A program made the translations under genes and the position numbers. This document shows, in pieces, positions 6,805 to 16,217 of a DNA stretch of 32,845 bases (positions within the stretch are counted from its first letter, which is position 1; every line of letters starts with the position of its first letter). This DNA is from Dehalococcoidia bacterium (GTDB lineage: Bacteria > Chloroflexota > Dehalococcoidia > Dehalococcoidales > RBG-16-60-22), in contig JAUWYU010000002.1 of the NCBI GenBank assembly GCA_030615655.1, positions 1 through 32,845 on the forward strand, given 5' to 3'. A model generated the notes under the pieces. The model saw only the letters and a list, made by a program, of their open reading frames with translations, had not been told where the DNA came from and did not search any database.

Positions 6805-8430
6805 ATGTACCCTGCTTATTTGGAAGAAAGTATTCATCTGGTCGAGGATACCCGGGTAAGGCGACTCCTGGAAACCATGCCGAGCCTGGATGAAATGGGG
6901 AAAAACGCCCTGTTGAAGCTTTACCACCCTGATTATATCGAGGCAAGCATGCGCCAGCTGCAGGCAGGGGTGAACAAAGGCGATTCTACACCTGTTGAGC
7001 TGGCTGATTTGCTGGAGGGAAACAGTCGGATTAACCCGGATACAATCGACCCTTCCAAGCCCGACCATAATGTAGATGTCCTGGTAATCGGCTGCGGGGG
7101 GGCCGGGGCTTCGGCGGCATTGCTTGCCAATGAAGAAGGGGCCAGAGTCCTCATCACCACGAAGCTTCGCATGGGGGATGCCAATACGGTCGGAGCGCAG
7201 GCAGGCACACAGGCCGCCGACAGGCCGAACGATTCACCCGCAATTCATTATCTGGATACCATGGGCGGCGGGCACTTCGATAACATACCGGAACTGGTCG
7301 AGGTGCTGGTGAGGGACGCCCCCTCGGTAATAAAATGGCTGGAACAGCTGGGGGTTAACTGGGATAAGGCACCGGATGGCACCATGCACGAATTATCCGG
7401 CGGCGGCACTTCACGGCGGCGGTTGCACTCCGCCCGGGACTACACCGGTCTGGAGGAAATGCGCGTTCTGCGTGACGAACTCAGGAATAAAAAAATAGAT
7501 TACCTTGAATTCGCACCGGCTGTGGAGTTGATACTGGATGACCGTGGACAGATAGCCGGGGCCGTACTGATAAATCTGGAGACTGAAGAACTAGTCATAG
7601 TGAGAGCCAGAGCGGTAGTCATGACCACCGGGGGTATCGGACGGCTGCATATTCAGGGTTTCCCTACCACCAACCATTACGGCGCCACGGCCGATGGCCT
7701 GGTGCTGGCTTACCGCGCCGGCGCCGAACTGGTCTTTATCGACACCATGCAGTATCATCCCACCGGGGCTATCTATCCGCTGCAGATTCTGGGGCAGCTG
7801 GTTACCGAGAAGGTGAGGACGTTGGGAGCGCAACTGGTCAATATCAGCGGAGAGCAATTCGTGATGTCTCTGGAACCCCGGGATATAGTTGCTTCAGCTA
7901 TTATCCGTGAGTGCCGGGAGCGCCAGCTCGGAATCGGTACGCCTACGGGCGAAACCGGTGTGTGGCTGGACTCGCCGATGATTGATATGATACGCGGTGA
8001 GGGGACAATTGCCCGGGAATTACCCGCCATGGTGCGGCAGTTCCGCCGACATGATATCGATATTACACGGCAACCGATACTGGTATATCCCACCCTGCAC
8101 TATCAGAACGGGGGCATCAAGATTGATACCGAAGGAGCCACTAATGTACCCGGATTATACGCGGCTGGTGAATGTACCGGCGGCGTGCATGGCCGGAACC
8201 GGCTCATCGGCAACTCGACGCTGGAGCTGTTTGTCTTCGGGAGGAGGGCCGGCCGGGTGGCGGCCCAGTATGCCAAAGCGGTAAAGAGGGGCAGCCCGAC
8301 GATGGAGCACGTGCGCCGATGGCAGCAGGAGCTTGCGAAGGTCGGCGTGGCCGGACAGCGGCCCGTCTCGCCGCGGCTGCTGCCGGATTATGTCAGGCGC
8401 ACACACGGACAGGCCAGGCAGGCAGCCTGA
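6805..8430 (+). CDS. FAD-binding oxidoreductase of the FrdA/SdhA/NadB flavoprotein family, with a roughly 95-aa N-terminal extension
   Basis: DVLVIGCGGAGASAAL dinucleotide-binding motif, ...TTGGIGRL..., MQYHPTG, GLYAAGECTGGVHGRNRLIGNS, all typical of fumarate reductase/aspartate oxidase-type flavoproteins. Confidence 0.85.
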   Translation: MYPAYLEESIHLVEDTRVRRLLETMPSLDEMGKNALLKLYHPDYIEASMRQLQAGVNKGDSTPVELADLLEGNSRINPDTIDPSKPDHNVDVLVIGCGGAGASAALLANEEGARVLITTKLRMGDANTVGAQAGTQAADRPNDSPAIHYLDTMGGGHFDNIPELVEVLVRDAPSVIKWLEQLGVNWDKAPDGTMHELSGGGTSRRRLHSARDYTGLEEMRVLRDELRNKKIDYLEFAPAVELILDDRGQIAGAVLINLETEELVIVRARAVVMTTGGIGRLHIQGFPTTNHYGATADGLVLAYRAGAELVFIDTMQYHPTGAIYPLQILGQLVTEKVRTLGAQLVNISGEQFVMSLEPRDIVASAIIRECRERQLGIGTPTGETGVWLDSPMIDMIRGEGTIARELPAMVRQFRRHDIDITRQPILVYPTLHYQNGGIKIDTEGATNVPGLYAAGECTGGVHGRNRLIGNSTLELFVFGRRAGRVAAQYAKAVKRGSPTMEHVRRWQQELAKVGVAGQRPVSPRLLPDYVRRTHGQARQAA

Positions 8431-8469
8431 GAGGGTTAACTGCGGGTAACGAAACGGGAGAGAGGTGAT

Positions 8470-8922
8470 ATGCCACTACCTATCCAGCGGGATATTAAAG
8501 AGATTGAAGGCATCCTGAATGAAATCCTGAATACCCGGTGTCCGCCGGTAGGCAGGTGCCGCCTTCTCTCCAGTGGTTTCGGCACGGCCCACTCCCTGAA
8601 TATAGCCGAAGATATCAGCGGACATAAGGAGTGCCTGGGCTGCGGTAACTGTGTCGATATCTGCCCCTTTTTGTCCCGGGAGCCGTCTCGCCGTGAAAAA
8701 ACGGAACAGCGCACCTCCATGGCTCTGGAGAGCATCGTGGGTGAGGACTGTGACCTTTGTAACGCCTGCATTCTCGTTTGCCCCCAGGTGGATACCACTA
8801 TCAAGAATTATGTCGTCAATCACCGCATGGTGGAAGTAATGTCACGCCTTGAGCAGAGAATCGGCGATGAAGATGAGCCTGACCTGGACCTGTTTCTTGA
8901 GGAAGCCATCAGTCAGGACTGA
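8470..8922 (+). CDS. 2x[4Fe-4S] ferredoxin-domain protein
   Basis: CLGCGNCVDICP and CDLCNACILVCP motifs. GAGAGAGG RBS. Same strand and tightly spaced within the cluster. Confidence 0.75.
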   Translation: MPLPIQRDIKEIEGILNEILNTRCPPVGRCRLLSSGFGTAHSLNIAEDISGHKECLGCGNCVDICPFLSREPSRREKTEQRTSMALESIVGEDCDLCNACILVCPQVDTTIKNYVVNHRMVEVMSRLEQRIGDEDEPDLDLFLEEAISQD

Positions 8923-8942
8923 CCGGACAGGGTGAAATAAGG

Positions 8943-10100
8943 ATGGACTTTAAACTATCGGAAGAACTGAAGATGATACAAAGTCTCGCGACAGACTTTG
9001 TTAATGAGCAGCTGAAGCCGCTGGAAAGGGATATCCTGGGGCGGGCGGCCGACCTGAGTGACGCTCAGACATATCTGCCGGCGAAGACGGAAGCAAAACT
9101 TGTAAAGATGGTCAGGAAAATGGGGCTCTGGGGGGCAGGTGTTCCGGAGGAGCTGGGGGGAGTCGGCTTGAGCACGCTGGGTGTTTGCCTGGTCGAGGAA
9201 GAACTGGCTCAGACGGTAGTCCCCTTTAATTTCGGGGATGTGACTCCGATTCTTTTTGACTGTAACACGGAACAGCAGGCCAGATTCCTGCGCCCGGCAC
9301 TTGATGGGCAGAAACGACCCTACCTGGCACTGATGGAGCCAGAAAGGGGTGCCGACCTCTCCGGCATGAAAATGAAAGCGGAGAAGGTTAACGGGGATTA
9401 CCTGCTGAACGGTAAAAAATTATCATTCTCCCGGGCCGGTGACGACTATTTCGCTGTTGTCTTCGCTGGTACCGATAAAGGTATAACCTGCTTTCTGGTG
9501 GAGAAGGATACGCCGGGATTCAGCGTTACCGGCGGTGGTGAGGGGACGGGGTGGTTAGCGCAAGTCAGGGAGCCCATGTCATTGGTATTTAAAGATTGCC
9601 GGGTGCCTGCGGAGAATATCCTGGGAGAAGAAGGGAAGGCCTTCCACCTGGGCGGGAAATGGCTCCCGCAGCGGCGGGTAGTCAGGGGAGCCCGGTGCGT
9701 AGGGGTTGCCCGCAGGCTGCTTGATGAGGCTACCGTCCAGGCACGGTCGCTGGAAACATTCGGGAAGTCTATTTTGAAGCGTACCAACATCCAGGCGGCA
9801 TTGGCCGACATCGCCACGAATATTCACGCCGGCAGGCTTATGGTGTATGAAGCTGCCTGGAAGTCGGATATTGGAAAATCGATACGGTGTAAGGCTGCTA
9901 TGGTGAAGTTATACACAACCCAGACAATACACACGGTTGCTGACAGGGTAGCCCATGTTTTCAATGGGCCGCCACACATAGATGGATTGCCAATGGAGAG
10001 GCTATGCCGCCGTGCCCTGGCAGCCAGCGCTACCGAGCTTGCCCTTGAGCTGCAGCGAAACATTATTGCCCGGGATATCTTGAAAGGGCGTGAGGCCTAG
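8943..10100 (+). CDS. Acyl-CoA dehydrogenase family protein
   Basis: 385 aa. N-terminal helical region (FVNEQLKPLERD...), middle beta domain (YLLNGKKLSFS) and C-terminal ...ERLCRRALAASATELALELQRNIIARDIL, which aligns by eye with the RDARITEIYEGTSEIQ region. The catalytic Glu position appears retained. Confidence 0.8.
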   Translation: MDFKLSEELKMIQSLATDFVNEQLKPLERDILGRAADLSDAQTYLPAKTEAKLVKMVRKMGLWGAGVPEELGGVGLSTLGVCLVEEELAQTVVPFNFGDVTPILFDCNTEQQARFLRPALDGQKRPYLALMEPERGADLSGMKMKAEKVNGDYLLNGKKLSFSRAGDDYFAVVFAGTDKGITCFLVEKDTPGFSVTGGGEGTGWLAQVREPMSLVFKDCRVPAENILGEEGKAFHLGGKWLPQRRVVRGARCVGVARRLLDEATVQARSLETFGKSILKRTNIQAALADIATNIHAGRLMVYEAAWKSDIGKSIRCKAAMVKLYTTQTIHTVADRVAHVFNGPPHIDGLPMERLCRRALAASATELALELQRNIIARDILKGREA

Positions 10101-10131
10101 CTGGAAAAGCCGGATATACGAAAGAGTTGAA

Positions 10132-11673
10132 ATGAACCAGTATGACTATATCGTAGTGGGTAGCGGCATCGGCGGACTCTATACTGCCCTGCTGGCCAAG
10201 GAGCAGGGCAGTGTGCTAGTTGTCACCAAGGGCAGCATTGATGACTGCAATACCAAGTATGCCCAGGGGGGTATTGCGGCGGCTATCAGCAAGGATGATT
10301 CGCCGGAGCTTCATTCGGAGGATACCGTGAATGCCGGCGGAGGCCTTTCTGATGAGGAAACGGTACGCATTCTGGTTAACGAAGCCCCGGCCCGTATCGC
10401 TGACCTCGTCGATTACCGGGTGCCGTTTGATACCCTTGATGGTGAGATAGCCCTGACCATGGAGGCGGCTCATAGTGTGCCCCGTGTCCTCCATGCCGGC
10501 GGTGACGCCACCGGTGAATATATTGAAGTTACCTTAAGTCAGCAGGTGCGCTCGTCCCGGATTCGGGTACTTGAGGATTTCCTGGCGACGGAGATACTGG
10601 TAGAAAGGGGTAGAGTTACCGGCATACGTGCCTTGGACTGCCGCACCGGCAGTATTGAGGAGTTTGCCTGCCGTTTCCTGGTTCTGGCTACGGGGGGCGC
10701 CGGGCAATTGTTCAAATACAACACCAATTCCGATGTGGCGACCGGTGATGGTATCGCTCTGGCCTTTAATGCCGGCGCCGAGATAGTCGACATGGAATTT
10801 TTCCAGTTCCACCCCACCGCCCTGCGCGTACCCGGTGTGCTCCCGTTTCTTATATCCGAAGCCGTCCGGGGCGAGGGGGGTGTACTGCGCAACGTTGAGG
10901 GCCACCGTTTCATGTCCGACTATAACTCGCGTGGGGACCTGGCGGCGAGAGATATCGTCGCCCGCAGCATACTGTATGAGATGGAGAAAACTCGCGTGGA
11001 TAGAGTCTACCTTGATATCACCCATCTGCCACCCCACACCATTACCACTCGTTTCCCTCATATTTACCGCTTTTGCCTTGACCACGGCCTGGATATCACC
11101 AGAGACCGGGTACCGGTGGCACCGGCCGCCCATTACATGATAGGCGGTATCAGGACCAACAGCTGGGGAGAAACGAATATAGTCGGTTTGTTCGCCGCCG
11201 GCGAAGCCGCCTGCACCGGAGTCCACGGCGCCAATCGTCTCGCCTCGAATTCGCTTCTTGAGGCGATTGTCTTCAGCAGAAGGATTGTCGAAAGAACCAG
11301 GGGTAAAGCCAGGGCAAAGGCATCTACCGGTGGCAGAGAGAAGGAAATTTACTCTTCACTCAGCCAGAGGCCGGTCCCCAGAGCGTTGCCGGCACCCAGT
11401 CTTACCGTCCTGCAGCAGTTGCACTGGGACAAGGTCGGCATCATTCGTGAACAGGAAGGCTTAAACCAGGCGGCCGGCATTCTGGCGGCCTGGCAACATT
11501 CATTGCCTCAGCCTACTGACCAACCTTCTTACGAACTGAGCAACCTGATATTGACCGGCCGGCTATTAACGGAAGCTGCGTTTATCCGGGAAGAAAGCCG
11601 GGGGACACATTTCCGGTCTGATTTTCCCCGGAGTTCACCGAAGTGGCAGCGCCACATCGTGTGGAGGAAGTAA
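10132..11673 (+). CDS. nadB: L-aspartate oxidase
   Basis: MNQYDYIVVGSGIGGL..., YAQGGIAAA, FFQFHPTAL, GLFAAGEAACTGVHGANRLASNSLLE, ESRGTHFRSDFP. The length and motifs fit NadB. Start trimmed from the track GTG at 10090, which overlaps the ACAD stop, to the ATG at 10132. Confidence 0.8.
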   Translation: MNQYDYIVVGSGIGGLYTALLAKEQGSVLVVTKGSIDDCNTKYAQGGIAAAISKDDSPELHSEDTVNAGGGLSDEETVRILVNEAPARIADLVDYRVPFDTLDGEIALTMEAAHSVPRVLHAGGDATGEYIEVTLSQQVRSSRIRVLEDFLATEILVERGRVTGIRALDCRTGSIEEFACRFLVLATGGAGQLFKYNTNSDVATGDGIALAFNAGAEIVDMEFFQFHPTALRVPGVLPFLISEAVRGEGGVLRNVEGHRFMSDYNSRGDLAARDIVARSILYEMEKTRVDRVYLDITHLPPHTITTRFPHIYRFCLDHGLDITRDRVPVAPAAHYMIGGIRTNSWGETNIVGLFAAGEAACTGVHGANRLASNSLLEAIVFSRRIVERTRGKARAKASTGGREKEIYSSLSQRPVPRALPAPSLTVLQQLHWDKVGIIREQEGLNQAAGILAAWQHSLPQPTDQPSYELSNLILTGRLLTEAAFIREESRGTHFRSDFPRSSPKWQRHIVWRK

Positions 11674-11719
11674 TAGAATCTGCCTCGGATATTTCTACCG
11701 TACTCCGTTATAGCTGCAT

Positions 11720-11748
11720 TTGAAAAGAACTGGCTTATGCATTATAAA
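11720..11748 (+). promoter_or_regulatory. Candidate promoter for the PPIase-hom-thrC-folE gene string
   Basis: TTGAAA (11720..11725), 17-nt spacer, TATAAA (11743..11748), 42 nt upstream of the TTG start. Confidence 0.4.
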
Positions 11749-11790
11749 TATAGGGACGGTGCACAATTCTATTGATTAAGGGGTGCCAGG

Positions 11791-13071
11791 TTGGCTAAGA
11801 AGAAAAAGAAGGCGGAGAAACCACCACGTGAGTTTACCCGGCGCCAGCTATCGCTTCACCAGCGGCAGAAGAGGCGGCAGCGTATTATTTTTGGCGGGGG
11901 GGTTTTTATCGTTGCCGCCGTTATTTTGATTTTAATGGGGGGGTGGTTTTTTGGGGAGTATCTCCCCCGGCATCAGACTGTCATAGCGGTAGGAGATGTT
12001 GAATTTGACATGGACTACTATATTGATGCGATGAAATTTGCCGGGAGAGACCAGCCGGTCGAGAATATACAGAATCTGACAAGCGGTGTGGTACAACAGA
12101 TTGAGCAGAACGAGTTAATCAGGCAGGGAGCTATGAGATTAGGGATAAGCGTTAGTGATGATGAGGTAAGAAGGGTGCTGGAAGGTTATGGTATTCCTGT
12201 AAATGATGCCAGTCTGGACATGGCCAGGGCTCAGCTGTTGCAGGGTCTGTTGTATAATGAGTATTTTCCATCTCAGATACCGGAGTCTGGCGAACAGGTG
12301 CATATCATGACCATGCTGCTGGAGAGCGAGAGCCAGGCGGCCGAGATTAGAACCAGATTGCAGAATAGTGAGAACTTCTCGGCACTTGCCGAAGAGTTCA
12401 CGCTTCATTACTATTTTGAAACCAATGTGGGCGATATTGGCTGGCACCCGAAAGACGTGATTGTTAATTTATTCAATTCTTTCGTGCCCGGGAATTTTGC
12501 CTTCAGTTCGGAAGCAGGAGCGTTAAGCGAGCCGATGTACGACGAAGTGAGAAGCAAGTCGATAGGGTACTGGCTGATTAATGTCCTGGGCAAGCCATCT
12601 GAGGATAGCGCCCAGGTCCAGGGAATACTATTGGGTAGTGAGGAGGAGGCGAAGGATGTGAGAGCCAAGCTGGAAGCTGGCGAGGACCTGGTCACTCTGG
12701 TTGCGGAATTCTCCCAGCACAACGATTCTAAAGTGAGGGGAGGAGAGTTTGGCCTGGTGATGCAGGGGGTGATGAGTGAAGCAGTTGACAGCTATGTTTT
12801 CGATGCGAACACGGAGGTAGGGGTATGGAGTGAACCGCTCCGTGACGAGACTATGATAACCATAGGCGGCTACTGGCTGGTGGAAGTGGTTGATAAGGAT
12901 GATGATAGAAAGCTCAGTGATGAAGACCGTAATACCTTGATAAATAAGGCATATAATGATTGGGTTACCGAGCTCTGGATGGAGAAAGCTGCTGTGATAA
13001 ATCATACTTTTTTGACTCCCGAGGTAGTACTATGGGCGATAGACAAGGTGGTGCAGGAGCTGCGGGATTAG
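11791..13071 (+). CDS. Membrane-anchored peptidyl-prolyl isomerase, PpiC/parvulin type (two parvulin-like repeats)
   Basis: TTG start with an AAGGGG RBS. Lys/Arg-rich N-terminus followed by a TM helix (IIFGGGVFIVAAVILILMGGWFF). Two segments resemble parvulin domains (...AAEIRTRLQNSENFSALAEEF... and ...AKDVRAKLEAGEDLVTLVAEFSQH). Confidence 0.75.
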   Translation: MAKKKKKAEKPPREFTRRQLSLHQRQKRRQRIIFGGGVFIVAAVILILMGGWFFGEYLPRHQTVIAVGDVEFDMDYYIDAMKFAGRDQPVENIQNLTSGVVQQIEQNELIRQGAMRLGISVSDDEVRRVLEGYGIPVNDASLDMARAQLLQGLLYNEYFPSQIPESGEQVHIMTMLLESESQAAEIRTRLQNSENFSALAEEFTLHYYFETNVGDIGWHPKDVIVNLFNSFVPGNFAFSSEAGALSEPMYDEVRSKSIGYWLINVLGKPSEDSAQVQGILLGSEEEAKDVRAKLEAGEDLVTLVAEFSQHNDSKVRGGEFGLVMQGVMSEAVDSYVFDANTEVGVWSEPLRDETMITIGGYWLVEVVDKDDDRKLSDEDRNTLINKAYNDWVTELWMEKAAVINHTFLTPEVVLWAIDKVVQELRD

Positions 13072-13096
13072 AGAAAAAAATCGAGAGGGAATAAAG

Positions 13097-14401
13097 ATGA
13101 GCAAACAGAGTATTGGCATCGGTTTGATGGGTCTGGGGGTAGTTGCCGGACAGGTAACCAGGGTTTTAACAGATAAGGCCGGGGATTTGGAGGAGAAGGT
13201 CGGCTGTCCTCTTGTCCTGCGGAAGGTTAAGGTCTTACCGCAGGACCTGTCACGTCCGCAGGCACAGCAGATGCCCTCTCAGCTTTTTACCACCGATGAT
13301 GAGGAGTTTTTCCAGGAACCCGGCATCGATATTGTCGTGGAGGCGATTGGCGGTGAAAGCCCGGCCCTGGAGTATCTGAAGAGGGCGATTGCAGGTGGCA
13401 AGCACGTCGTCACCTCCAATAAGGAGGTCATCGCCAAGCACGGTATTGAATTGCTGACTCTGGCCCGGCAGCACGGGGTGGGTCTACAATATGAGGCAAG
13501 TGTCGGCGGTGGTATTCCCTTGATTGCCCCGTTCAAACATGACCTGTTGGCCAATGATATCAGCGGTATCTTCGCCATAATCAACGGCACCACCAACTAT
13601 ATCCTCACCAGGATGGACAGAGAAGGCATGGACTTTTCATCGGCCCTCAAGCAGGCACAGGAACTGGGCTACGCTGAAGCTAATCCGGAAAATGACGTCG
13701 AGGGGATAGACGCCCACTATAAACTGGCAATCATGGCTTCGCTGGCTTTTCAGAGTCAGGTGCGGCCTGAAGATATCTACCATGAAGGCATTTCACGACT
13801 CACCAGCCGTGATTTCGGCTATGCCCGGGAGCTGGGATTTACCATAAAACTGCTGGCGATAGCCAAGAAGAGTAATGATTCCATCGAGGCCAGGGTTCAC
13901 CCGGTCCTTCTATCGAGGGACTCCTTTTTGGCCAAGGTTGACGGTGTCTATAATGCCGTCCAGGTCGAGGGCGATTTAGTGGGTAAGGTGCTCTTCATGG
14001 GTGAGGGTGCCGGCGCTTTGCCTACGAGCAGCGCCGTTGTTGCCGACGTTGTCTCATCAGCCCGGAAGATTGTCCTGGGTATTGGCAGTGTGTCCACGCG
14101 GAAACTGGATTCGGGCAAGCGTATCAAGCCCATGTCCGAGATTGAAACGAGGTATTATCTAAGATTGAATGCAGCCGACCGTCCCGGCGTCCTGGCCAAG
14201 ATTTCCAGGGTCTTCGGTGACCTTGCCATCAGTATTTCCCAGGCTATCCAGCAGGAGGTCGACCCCAGAGCGCGGACGGCGGAAATAGTTCTTATGACCT
14301 ATGAAGCTCCAGAGAAGGCGATGCAGCAGGCTCTTGCCGAGATAGACAAGCTTGATGTAGTTGAAGAGATAAACAACTTTATACGGGTTGAGAATATATA
14401 A
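13097..14401 (+). CDS. hom: Homoserine dehydrogenase
   Basis: GLMGLGVVAG NAD-binding motif, NKEVIAKHG...YEASVGGGIPLI, and a C-terminal ACT-like domain (YYLRLNAADRPGVLAKISRVFGD). Confidence 0.9.
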   Translation: MSKQSIGIGLMGLGVVAGQVTRVLTDKAGDLEEKVGCPLVLRKVKVLPQDLSRPQAQQMPSQLFTTDDEEFFQEPGIDIVVEAIGGESPALEYLKRAIAGGKHVVTSNKEVIAKHGIELLTLARQHGVGLQYEASVGGGIPLIAPFKHDLLANDISGIFAIINGTTNYILTRMDREGMDFSSALKQAQELGYAEANPENDVEGIDAHYKLAIMASLAFQSQVRPEDIYHEGISRLTSRDFGYARELGFTIKLLAIAKKSNDSIEARVHPVLLSRDSFLAKVDGVYNAVQVEGDLVGKVLFMGEGAGALPTSSAVVADVVSSARKIVLGIGSVSTRKLDSGKRIKPMSEIETRYYLRLNAADRPGVLAKISRVFGDLAISISQAIQQEVDPRARTAEIVLMTYEAPEKAMQQALAEIDKLDVVEEINNFIRVENI

Positions 14402-14416
14402 ATCGGGAGGTTAGCT

Positions 14417-15469
14417 CTGAAAAAAGGAGTTCTGCTTCAATACAAAGATTACCTGCCAGTTTCACCCAGTACACCGATATTCAGTATCGGGGAGGGGGAT
14501 ACGCCTCTGGTCAGGTGTGATAGACTGGCGGAGAAATACGGCTGTAAAGAGCTGTATTTCAAGCTGGAGGGGTGCCATCCGACCGGCTCCTTCAAGGACC
14601 GGGGCATGGTGATGGCCGTTGCCAAGGCGGTGGAGGACGGCAGCCAGGCTATAATCTGCGCTTCAACGGGAAATACCAGCGCCTCCGCAGCCGCTTTTGC
14701 GGCTCATTGCGGGCTTGGCTGCGTTATTATCATACCCAAGGGCAATATCGCTCTGGGTAAGCTGGCGCAGGCTATCGTTCATGGCGCCAGGATAGTCGCC
14801 ATTGACGGCAATTTTGACCAGGCGCTCAACATAGTGCTGAGGATTACAGAAAAGCACCCGGTAACGCTGGTAAACTCCCTCAATCCCAATCGCATCGAGG
14901 GGCAGAAGACAGCCGCCTTTGAGATTGTTGATGTTCTCGGTGATGCTCCGGACTATCACTTCCTGCCGGTAGGGAACGCCGGCAATATTACGGCCTACTG
15001 GAAGGGCTATGTGGAGTACCAGCGGGCGGGTAAAGCCACGAAGAGGCCGAAGATGATGGGCTTCCAGGCCGAGGGGGCGGCGCCGATTGTCCGGGGCTAT
15101 GCCATTGAGAAGCCGGAGACGGTGGCCACGGCGATACGCATCGGCAATCCAGCCAGCTGGCAGAAGGCAGTCGCGGCCCGCGACGAGTCCGGCGGCCTTA
15201 TTGATATGGTCAGTGACGAAGAAATTCTTTACGCCCAGAAAATCATGGCATCCGAGGCCGGAATCTTCGGGGAGCCGGCTTCAGCCGCCTCCCTGGCCGG
15301 TTTAATCAAGCTTTCCAGCCAGGGAACGGACTTCTCGCAGAAGGTAGTCGTCTGCGTGGTAACCGGCACCGGGCTCAAGGATACCGAGACCGCTTTGAGG
15401 GAACTCCCGCCGTTTCTGGAGCTTCCGGCGGAGCTTGAAGCGGTGGAGCGGGCTCTGGGCTGGGGATAG
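14417..15469 (+). CDS. thrC: Threonine synthase, apparent CTG start
   Basis: The track ORF starts at 14606 (MVMAV), but the frame is open from 14402. The upstream part encodes (L)KKGVLLQYKDYLPVSPSTPIFSIGEGDTPLV...LEGCHPTGSFKDRG, including the PLP-lysine motif. It aligns from its first residue with the Bacillus-type ThrC N-terminus. GGGAGG RBS at 14405..14410. Confidence 0.85.
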   Translation: MKKGVLLQYKDYLPVSPSTPIFSIGEGDTPLVRCDRLAEKYGCKELYFKLEGCHPTGSFKDRGMVMAVAKAVEDGSQAIICASTGNTSASAAAFAAHCGLGCVIIIPKGNIALGKLAQAIVHGARIVAIDGNFDQALNIVLRITEKHPVTLVNSLNPNRIEGQKTAAFEIVDVLGDAPDYHFLPVGNAGNITAYWKGYVEYQRAGKATKRPKMMGFQAEGAAPIVRGYAIEKPETVATAIRIGNPASWQKAVAARDESGGLIDMVSDEEILYAQKIMASEAGIFGEPASAASLAGLIKLSSQGTDFSQKVVVCVVTGTGLKDTETALRELPPFLELPAELEAVERALGWG

Positions 15470-15492
15470 CCATTAACTGAAGGAGACCGAGC

Positions 15493-16059
15493 ATGTTTGA
15501 TGAGGCCAAGATTAAGAGAGCAGTAGCCGATATCATCAAAGCCATCGGGGAAGACCCCGGACGTGAGGGGATAAAGGATACTCCCGGGCGTGTGACGGAG
15601 ATGTATGCCGAACTTTTCATGGGTATAGGTAAGGACCCCAAGGATGAGCTGGAAGTAGGTTTTGAGCTGGGGCACCGGGAGATGGTGGTCTTGAAAGATA
15701 TCCCGTTCTATTCGATGTGCGAGCATCACCTCCTGCCGTTTTACGGCGTAGCCCATGTGGGCTATATTCCTAATGCCGAGGGGCGTATCGTGGGCATCAG
15801 CAAGCTGGCCAGGGTGGTGGAAACCATTGCCCGGCGTCCGCAGGTCCAGGAGCGCATGACCACGGAGATTGCCGATGTTGTTTATGAGGGGCTCAATGCC
15901 GCCGGCGTGGCGGTGGTTATCCAGGCGGAGCATCTGTGCATGATTATGCGCGGCATCAAGAAGCCGGGGAGCAACGTTATTACCTCAGCCATCAGGGGTT
16001 CCTTCCACCGCGAGGCGGCCAGCCGCGCCGAGTTCTTCTCGCTGATACAGGGCAAGTAG
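15493..16059 (+). CDS. folE: GTP cyclohydrolase I
   Basis: 188 aa. ...DTPGRV..., [12 protein letters not shown] and HLCMIMRG motifs diagnostic of FolE. AAGGAGA RBS. Confidence 0.9.
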   Translation: MFDEAKIKRAVADIIKAIGEDPGREGIKDTPGRVTEMYAELFMGIGKDPKDELEVGFELGHREMVVLKDIPFYSMCEHHLLPFYGVAHVGYIPNAEGRIVGISKLARVVETIARRPQVQERMTTEIADVVYEGLNAAGVAVVIQAEHLCMIMRGIKKPGSNVITSAIRGSFHREAASRAEFFSLIQGK

Positions 16060-16217
16060 GCCGGGGCGCGAAAAAGTGCTCCAGCAGGGGTAGACATGCC
16101 GGTTTTTTATGGTATTATATAGATTGGCCGGTGGTTCAACGGGAGAACAATCGATTTAGGGTTCGAATTCACCTATCTTCACTTTATTTACCACGGAGGG
16201 AAAGGAGGTTAAAAGCT

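Noticed and set aside
6070-7068. Minus-strand ORF of 332 aa
   Set aside because: It is antisense to the Fe-S subunit and flavoprotein genes, which carry clear cofactor motifs. The product is Gln/Leu/Gly-rich with no motif or RBS.
16100-16217. T-loop-like string GGGTTCGAATTC (16159..16170) between folE and the lipoprotein gene; possible tRNA, tRNA remnant or att scar
   Set aside because: I could not fold any acceptor, D or anticodon arms around it. The flanking bases do not form a T stem. The 10-nt match to the tRNA-Trp T arm is too short to be meaningful.
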